From NCBI GenBank assembly GCA_039794005.1, contig JBAMMA010000014.1, forward strand, positions 1-23,515: 23,515 nt of DNA. Direction: 5' to 3'. This document shows positions 17,501 to 23,515 of the stretch, piece by piece. This DNA comes from Thermoplasmata archaeon (GTDB lineage: Archaea > Thermoplasmatota > Thermoplasmata > Thermoplasmatales > ARK-15). A program made the translations under genes and the position numbers. The notes beneath the pieces were generated by a model. The model was not told the DNA's origin and did not search any database. It worked only from the letters and a program-made list of their open reading frames with translations. The first letter of the stretch is position 1, and every line of letters begins with the position of its first letter.

Positions 17501-18154
17501 TATTGTCGTTGGAGTGATTCTAGCCAGTACCTGACCTTGAACATTTAATGTTGTTGGGAAAGTTATGTTATAAACAGAAAGTACTGGTAATTGTTCATTA
17601 ATTAAATTATTAAAGTTAGGAAAATACTCTATTAATAAATATATATATTGCTGAATGTTTATACCAAATATATTTAAAATTTGTGATATATTTAATACAG
17701 AACCTTCCAAAGTAACATTTGAATATATTAAAGGTATAGATTGATTTTCAACTATGAAAATGAAATTTTGATCTGTTGAAAATCCTATTGTAAATATGTT
17801 AGAATTATAAACAAATGGGATAGATATGACAGTTGAATTTATTATTACATTGCTATTTGTTGGTATGAGTTTATTAACTTTTTCAAAATTATTCAGAATA
17901 TAATTATTCAAGTACCAACCTCTTTCATAGATTAAATTAAATGTTCCATATCCCCTTATATTATGGTATGGACTTATTGCTTTATAGATGGAATTTCCTG
18001 AATATATATATATGTAATTTCCATGAGTCATAGCATAACCTTTTACTGTCAACATATTAGACTTTACCTCAGCGGCGGAGTATCCAGAAACTACCAAGAG
18101 AGCCAAAATAACTGTTATTACCATCAATGATTTTTTAATATTTTGCCCCAACAT
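14582..18154 (-). CDS. Large secreted repeat glycoprotein of unknown family (candidate S-layer/surface protein)
   Basis: 1190 aa; Sec signal peptide (KKSLMVITVILALLVVSGYSAA); Asn/Ile-rich, few Lys/Arg, many NxS/T sequons; internal ~440-aa repeats. Confidence 0.8.
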   Translation of the reverse strand: MLGQNIKKSLMVITVILALLVVSGYSAAEVKSNMLTVKGYAMTHGNYIYIYSGNSIYKAISPYHNIRGYGTFNLIYERGWYLNNYILNNFEKVNKLIPTNSNVIINSTVISIPFVYNSNIFTIGFSTDQNFIFIVENQSIPLIYSNVTLEGSVLNISQILNIFGINIQQYIYLLIEYFPNFNNLINEQLPVLSVYNITFPTTLNVQGQVLARITPTTINSFLSIFLNGTINSSALYDIEQIINSSEMQALIISDLNNSLSFMQFYVMLTPLNFDINLTYGYLNFMYVPSNIQQFEFSTGLLFDSIFNINLGSIIYQNWINNTQYVNASVNELWNMQNGAVSVSGFLLGINLNIPNYIKNIFSLSNQTYNFIENITGLNLGIYLLLNENLTFNVSNEFLTGMALVIIPYANLYNITEFENVYVNGVLYHTGTIFGYNVNIPVIVAQNIVPNNSQNNYSTEVSGVIISLPSITSSLPEPFTNLSIIITNQSGVYQIILAHDNVGQYFINGLISMSKDEYGWWTINNVLPTSYIPFGNGIRSLFFKNIIIEMNTTSFVLNNTTYGINTDFNQPYIWVANGQYPIFEGNVILKGVFMPGISLNLNEILGILNIPGYLLNNFGINLPSINLFNGDIFLANSVQYNNVDNVTLDILASLSSKDLFSIFNNSFVNDLYNIYGNTTLNYVLNTISQLNESIMLGIPNNFSIYNQNYYILISPILNYSFNGFGNMQIQYTNFNFSFNFLGSEIKIILANYIPNTFETEPYVNSTIQELSTMPEENVNVSGFAIGISLSGFLNLTSNIFGINYTSISPLYDLIHDLNIGIFALLDQNLSINLSDPLKDLAILIVPNFNGSYLLLNSVDVKGAVFTLSNLVGNSGPSLPIIISNNVTQIQFSNLNDQMLVQGILISPNGLTSGLTDPLTNMAFILINITGEYPKLMIVHNVLPYYFINGTITLVRDQFGWWNVSSITPSPLITINLNMSPDEYVGQNVIVYMNTTSVSISNYTVGINVDDEPPYIWIANGAYPFYDSYVELSGVYLPTINLNKIIAGFDVNMSSILQDIMEMFQVNINLGNDVLLVNNITPVYMSEAYAFTLGTLTPELIDNILTLAFGFFGISDYNMLNDIYNIVSSFNEQAIVALSQNSTFSNIILYVFLAPLNISMSNIFNEPYIQYIPSNEYINIGSFIYIYIGTIL

Positions 18155-18163
18155 ATGTAAATA

Positions 18164-18238
18164 TAAAACTTGAAAATATTTAAATTTTACTCACAACGAA
18201 TTGAAAAATTTCCTAAAATTTGAAAATATCAAATTTTA
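18164..18238. promoter_or_regulatory. Pair of related palindromes in the divergent promoter region
   Basis: TAAAATTTGA-AAATA-TCAAATTTTA (18214-18238, perfect 10-bp arms) and an imperfect copy TAAAACTTGA-AAATAT-TTAAATTTTA (18164-18189), starts 50 bp apart; AT-rich, so moderate confidence. Confidence 0.4.
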
Positions 18239-18293
18239 TAAATTTTTCTTTTACGAAAAAAATAAATAATAAGGTAAAATATAATAAAATAAT

Positions 18294-21200
18294 ATGATAT
18301 CAAAAATAAAATTATTCACTATTATAATTTCGATATTCTTTTTAACCAATCTTTTACCTTTTATTAATGCTGCAAATTTTTCCGCAACGTTAACCACTTC
18401 AAGAACAATAATGGATATAGGACAAATTGCTTATCTTAATATAACGGTAAATCCACCATCAAATAATTATTCATATATTTTTTATATAAATGGAATTGCC
18501 ATTCAATCTACTTCACCATCTCTTGTTTTTAATCCTGAAGTGTATGAAAGTACACATACTAACAGGACTACAATATACAATATATATGCTAATGTTACAT
18601 CTACTTCTGGAGTAGTAAAAACAAATAGTGTTACAATTACTGTTTATCCTGAACTTATTGTATCTTCAATAACACCAAACGAAGTAACAACAGATTCTGG
18701 GTTAAATTTTTCTTTCTCGGCAAACGCTATGGGAGGGGCAGGGAATTACATATTTAACTGGATCATAGCCCTGGGAAAACAAATTTTATATAAAACACCA
18801 TTACCTGCATCAAATAATAACAAAAGTAAATTTATTTTTAACATGCCAATATCTGGAAATTTTACTGTATGGGTATCTGTTACAGATTTAGCAGGAATGG
18901 TAGTTAATTCATCCAATGCGATATTGAATGTTAATCCAAGGCCAAAAGTTTTATTGGCACCTATTGGAAATATTTTAATTAATCCATCAAATTACACCTT
19001 TTATGGATATGTAGATGGAGGTACACCACCATATAATATTACATGGTATGTTAATGGAATTCCAGTAAAAACCACTGTTAATAATAACCATATATTTAAA
19101 TTGACGCATAACTTTAACACCCCAGGATCTTATACTGTTTCTTATAGTTTGAAAGATAGTGCAAATTTAAATGACAATATGCCACCATTTGGAGCAAGCA
19201 ATATTGAAACAAATGTTACGGTGACTGCCGCTTCAATACCTACAATAAAATATTTAAGTTACTATAATGGAGTATTGGATATGAATTTCAATATGACGAT
19301 AAAATTGTCCGCTTATTCTGAAATTTTTAACAATCCAATTATGTGGGTTTTAGATGATAATATAGTTTTAAATAATTCAAACAATTTTACTTTCACACCA
19401 ATAAGGGGAATTACAGCCATTGGCCCGCATCCAATATATGCAATGATTTTATATAACAACATATACATTCCAGGTGGTGTTTGGACCATTGATGTTAATA
19501 ACTATCCATTCTTCGTTAAAATAAGTTCTCCTAAAAATATTTTTGATTCACAAAAATATATATTTTTAAATATAAAATCTTTTCTAGAGACTTATCCAGT
19601 TCAAGCGATTGCATATATTAACACAAAAAGTGGTCCATTGAATATTTCATTTAATATAAATTCATACAACACGAATGTAACATTACCATTACCTATAAAT
19701 TATTTGGGGAATGGTAAGATATACGTAGTATCTAGTTTAAATAAATCTTATACCAATGTTCTTTATGTGAATTCAAATTATTTTAATATTTCTATAGTAA
19801 GTGGGATGAGCAATCCATACATATTATTTAATGTAAATTCTATAAAAAACAACATGGTATCCGCATCGTTTAAATTGCTGGTTAGTGGAGGTACGCCTCC
19901 ATATAATGCTCAATGGATATTTAAACATAATAATACAAAAATTCCCATGTATGGTTTAAGTGGAACGATTAATCTAATGATGCAAAATTATCATGTTACA
20001 TTAAACATATCCGATTATTACGGAATGCAAATTGAGAAGAATTTCATCTTAAATTTAACTCCTCCTCATATTTTTGTGGTCAATCTAAATAATTATCCGA
20101 AATATAATTCCTCAGTATACTATGTATCAAACACTAATTTAACACTAAACCTAACATTATCGACAACATTTTTAAATGACATAAAACAAATTAATTACAC
20201 CCTCTATATTTTTGTTAACAATACTCCTGAGGAATTATACTCATCATTTAAATACTTTAAAAATTTTGTTCTTTATATATCAAATTATTCAATGTATTAT
20301 AATTATTTGATTCCTATTAATCTGTCAAACTATGTAACAAATAACCCAAATTCCTCATATGATTTCTTAATTTATTTAAGTGCATATTCAAATTCAAACT
20401 TCAGCGTAAATCAAACAATTTTGATTAATTATTCAAATTCCAATCCAATATTAGGTAATATTATTTCACAAACATCCACATCAAATGGAACAGTTTATTT
20501 AAACTTTAAAAATGTTCAGAGTCTTGTGCCAATATATGAATATAAAATAAATACAACCTTTGGTATGAATTTAATAATACCGGGAAATTCTACATATTTG
20601 AATATAACATTACCTGAAAAGAATGGATATTTTATATTCAACATCACAGCAATAACGTATTCATTAAAAAAGTCTTCTAAATCTTTTACAATTTTCTATG
20701 ATATAAATGGTATTCAATTTACAGCCAATATAACAAATCTTGAAAACAATTATGTAACAATTATTATAAAGTACTTACAAAATGGAAATGTTTACCCATC
20801 TATGATTAGGATATCTAATAACCCATATTTCATTGGTTCTAACTGGATACCATTTACATCGATTTTAAAATATAGAATAAACAATTATAATGGAACAATA
20901 TACATACAAATACAAGATTCTGATGGCGTTATAACTGAAAATTATATAATGTACAATTATTCTCCACCTTCTTCACTAAAATATATCTATGCAGCCATAG
21001 CTTCATTCTTGGTTGCTATCATTTTAGTATTCCTATTTTTCCTAATGCCAAGATACTTTGGAAAGAATATAATGGATTTACTTAAAGCTCGTAAAAAACC
21101 AATAAAAGAGTGGCAAACAAAAGAATCAAAAGAGGAGATATTCTTAAGAGAATTAACAAATCTTGGCGAGCCTAGATTAACATATTTCAAAAAATATCTG

Positions 21201-21332
21201 AAAGAAACTCACAACATAACTGATGAAGAATTCGAAGAATTAATCAGAGATTTATCAAGTAAAGGTGTAATAGAATTAAAGCTTGATGAAGAAAAGAGAA
21301 CAAGAATAACATTATCAAAAAATAAGAAATAA
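18294..21332 (+). CDS. Membrane-anchored PKD/Ig-like surface protein with a cytoplasmic wHTH-like tail
   Basis: Signal peptide; GGAGNY/GGTPPY/GGTPPY PKD-like motifs near aa 147, 242, 532; single TM at aa ~897-919; charged ~90-aa C-terminal domain. Confidence 0.8.
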   Translation: MISKIKLFTIIISIFFLTNLLPFINAANFSATLTTSRTIMDIGQIAYLNITVNPPSNNYSYIFYINGIAIQSTSPSLVFNPEVYESTHTNRTTIYNIYANVTSTSGVVKTNSVTITVYPELIVSSITPNEVTTDSGLNFSFSANAMGGAGNYIFNWIIALGKQILYKTPLPASNNNKSKFIFNMPISGNFTVWVSVTDLAGMVVNSSNAILNVNPRPKVLLAPIGNILINPSNYTFYGYVDGGTPPYNITWYVNGIPVKTTVNNNHIFKLTHNFNTPGSYTVSYSLKDSANLNDNMPPFGASNIETNVTVTAASIPTIKYLSYYNGVLDMNFNMTIKLSAYSEIFNNPIMWVLDDNIVLNNSNNFTFTPIRGITAIGPHPIYAMILYNNIYIPGGVWTIDVNNYPFFVKISSPKNIFDSQKYIFLNIKSFLETYPVQAIAYINTKSGPLNISFNINSYNTNVTLPLPINYLGNGKIYVVSSLNKSYTNVLYVNSNYFNISIVSGMSNPYILFNVNSIKNNMVSASFKLLVSGGTPPYNAQWIFKHNNTKIPMYGLSGTINLMMQNYHVTLNISDYYGMQIEKNFILNLTPPHIFVVNLNNYPKYNSSVYYVSNTNLTLNLTLSTTFLNDIKQINYTLYIFVNNTPEELYSSFKYFKNFVLYISNYSMYYNYLIPINLSNYVTNNPNSSYDFLIYLSAYSNSNFSVNQTILINYSNSNPILGNIISQTSTSNGTVYLNFKNVQSLVPIYEYKINTTFGMNLIIPGNSTYLNITLPEKNGYFIFNITAITYSLKKSSKSFTIFYDINGIQFTANITNLENNYVTIIIKYLQNGNVYPSMIRISNNPYFIGSNWIPFTSILKYRINNYNGTIYIQIQDSDGVITENYIMYNYSPPSSLKYIYAAIASFLVAIILVFLFFLMPRYFGKNIMDLLKARKKPIKEWQTKESKEEIFLRELTNLGEPRLTYFKKYLKETHNITDEEFEELIRDLSSKGVIELKLDEEKRTRITLSKNKK

Positions 21333-21336
21333 TTTT

Positions 21337-22902
21337 TTAGGTATTTAATATATAATGTATTGGTTGCGAAAATTCAAAGTTTCCTGAGGGTTCAGATACA
21401 TTAACATATACCTCAACATATCCACTAAGTTGTTGCAACTGTGTATAAGGCAAAAATACCGATGTGAAATATGTAAATCCTTGACTTCCAGGTACAGGAT
21501 ACATTGGGATAGAATTTACATATAACTGAGGTATCGAAATTTCAACTTTAGCGTTTTGCAAAGGTTGGTTAAAAGTAACATAAAACGTTGTATTAACTAA
21601 TCCGACTTGGCTTGGACTTTCTCCGATAGTTGCATTTAATGCGGGATAAACATTTAAAATGAAAGTATCAACATATACATATTCATATCCAACAAATGAT
21701 GTATAATCAGAAGTCGTCCAATCAGCATTATATATTGTTACAGTCTCAAATATAGCATAAACAAAATAAACGGTTATATTATATACAGTATAATTTGCCG
21801 CTGAAAATGATGGTACGAATTGAATTGAATCTAATCCTTCAGTACCCGGAATTTCTGCACCGCCCAAATACCAAACATAGCCTACTGGTTGATCACTATA
21901 ATCTGTATCCCATGTTCCGGATGGTAATGTTGCATCTGGTTGACATAAAACACTTAATGTTGGATAAGATGCAGTATAATTTACTTCCACATTTCCGGTA
22001 GGATCTGTTGAATACTTTTCTACCTTAACTTTTTTATTGTTAGCAAAATAATTAGATAATTTAATATTAAATGGGATAACCGTATTACTCGAACTTTGTG
22101 TTACATTTACAGTTCTTGATACTGAAATTGTATTCGGGCCTACAAATCCCCCATAAGTAATGATTCCACAGCCATCTGATGAATCCAAAGCATTGAAACT
22201 ATCAGTTACAGATAAAGTTATTGTGTATATACCTGGGACAGATGGATAAAATAATGTTGTTTGATTGTTAGGTTCGGTTATCCATGCCTGACCTGGACCT
22301 GAATAGCTCCATGTGTATGAATATGGAGGATCACCACCTGATGCTATCGCATATAAGGTAATAGGAGCACCAACGGTAACATTGACAGGACTTAACGATG
22401 CCAATTTCAATGAACTCGCTTGATAAAGACCTGAAATTTGAGAATACCACAAAGTGGTATGTGATCTAATATCAACAAAACTAATTAAAATAATTGTTTT
22501 TGAAGCATAAGAAATGGGAACATTTATACCATCCATAGAGGAAGCATAAGTCATATTAGTGCCAACATCAAAAAATTGCTTTTTTATAATTTCAAATAGA
22601 AGATGTGACTTGGAAATTATATTTTTATCATTAATAACAACTATATTAAATTCTATGAAATTCGTTGGTAGATTCTCACCATATAAATTTGTAATATTCA
22701 ATTTAAAAGGAGCACTACCACTTGTTGATTGATATATAACTTCCACCCTGAAATTTGATTGATATGATGGAGAGATTGTAGGAATTAAACCTTGAATATA
22801 TGTGAATGCTGCGGCAAATAGTACTATAGTGATAACCACCACTAATAATGATGACAGGACTGATGAAACACCGCCTTCACCTTTAATTAATAAAATTTTC
22901 AT
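21337..22902 (-). CDS. Large archaeal type IV pilin-like protein with PKD domain (minor pilin/adhesin candidate)
   Basis: Class III signal-like N-terminus MKILLIKGEGG/VSSVLSSLLVVVITIVLFAAAF followed by a pilin-like beta region, then ASGGDPPYSYTW...PGIYTITLSVTDS PKD module; ATG at 22902 preferred over 22923. Confidence 0.75.
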   Translation of the reverse strand: MKILLIKGEGGVSSVLSSLLVVVITIVLFAAAFTYIQGLIPTISPSYQSNFRVEVIYQSTSGSAPFKLNITNLYGENLPTNFIEFNIVVINDKNIISKSHLLFEIIKKQFFDVGTNMTYASSMDGINVPISYASKTIILISFVDIRSHTTLWYSQISGLYQASSLKLASLSPVNVTVGAPITLYAIASGGDPPYSYTWSYSGPGQAWITEPNNQTTLFYPSVPGIYTITLSVTDSFNALDSSDGCGIITYGGFVGPNTISVSRTVNVTQSSSNTVIPFNIKLSNYFANNKKVKVEKYSTDPTGNVEVNYTASYPTLSVLCQPDATLPSGTWDTDYSDQPVGYVWYLGGAEIPGTEGLDSIQFVPSFSAANYTVYNITVYFVYAIFETVTIYNADWTTSDYTSFVGYEYVYVDTFILNVYPALNATIGESPSQVGLVNTTFYVTFNQPLQNAKVEISIPQLYVNSIPMYPVPGSQGFTYFTSVFLPYTQLQQLSGYVEVYVNVSEPSGNFEFSQPIHYILNT

Positions 22903-22919
22903 AATATTTATTAAATTGA

Positions 22920-23515
22920 TCACGAAATATTTAACTTTTTCTTATTTTTAATTAAAAAAATTAATAAAAATACATTACAGTAAAAACCCAAAAATAAAAA
23001 TGAAAATATTATGTTGAATTTAAAAATATAGGAAAAAATAATTGATGCTGGGGCACCTAAAATTATTTGTAAGGAATTCACAGTTCCAAGAGCTAAAGAT
23101 AATGTTTCTACATTTAAATTGCTTTTATTAGAAATTATATAGTATGCCAATGAAAAATCTGCAGCTGAAAAAAAACCTAATAAAAATGCATCTATGAAAA
23201 TAAGATAAACCGGTAAAAAGGGTATTAATATAATTGTTATAGAAACTAAAATTGTTATTATCAATATATTTTTATTTAAATCTCCTCTAGTTGAAAAATA
23301 AATGTTTGAAATACCTCCAAATATACCTGCAATCAAGAGGATTGTTGATGGTAGCCCTGAAAGAATACTTCCACAATGTTTAATAGTTTCTAAATAATAA
23401 GTTAGTATTTGTGCAGATGTGAATTGCGCTCCCCAAAATCCTCCTAGTGAAATTCCTAATAAAATTACGTTTTTATTAAAAATAGGCTTAAAATCAATTC
23501 TATCTTTATACCCGA
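22920..23515 (-). CDS. MFS transporter, C-terminal half (5' end outside the window)
   Basis: The frame is open to the window edge (GYKDRIDFKPIFNKNVILLGISLGGFWGAQFTSAQ...); about 6 TM segments; AGIFGG and LALGTVNSLQIILG MFS-like motifs. Confidence 0.8.
   Translation of the reverse strand, partial: GYKDRIDFKPIFNKNVILLGISLGGFWGAQFTSAQILTYYLETIKHCGSILSGLPSTILLIAGIFGGISNIYFSTRGDLNKNILIITILVSITIILIPFLPVYLIFIDAFLLGFFSAADFSLAYYIISNKSNLNVETLSLALGTVNSLQIILGAPASIIFSYIFKFNIIFSFLFLGFYCNVFLLIFLIKNKKKLNIS

Noticed and set aside
22920-23336. 138-aa stand-alone membrane ORF in the track
   Set aside because: The frame continues without a stop to the window edge; it is the 3' part of a longer MFS gene
1-23515. 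CRISPR array, tRNA/rRNA genes, long nucleotide tandem repeats
   Set aside because: None seen; intergenic gaps are short and AT-rich, and the 440-aa repeats are diverged at the DNA level

Overview
AT-rich archaeal chromosomal segment, most consistent with Thermoplasmata (GGTGA Shine-Dalgarno motifs, TATA-box leaderless genes, PAN, aMBF1, SepF, GfcR, Elp3, RecJ/GAN). Left end: a decayed IS200/IS605 tnpB and a 4-gene ABC-2 exporter/wHTH operon with an upstream palindrome. Middle: housekeeping genes, including a box C/D guide sRNA (5291-5359, minus strand) that the ORF track misses. Its two guides appear to target 23S rRNA helix 69 (C1920, E. coli numbering) and wobble C34 of an intron-containing pre-tRNA-Met. 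Right half: a cell-surface cluster of a degenerate STAND-like wHTH-TPR protein, a 1190-aa secreted protein with about 2.6 copies of a ~440-aa repeat, a divergent PKD/Ig-TM-cytoplasmic wHTH-like protein, and a large PKD-bearing type IV pilin-like protein, followed by a partial MFS transporter. All family assignments come from motif recognition by eye; no searches were run.
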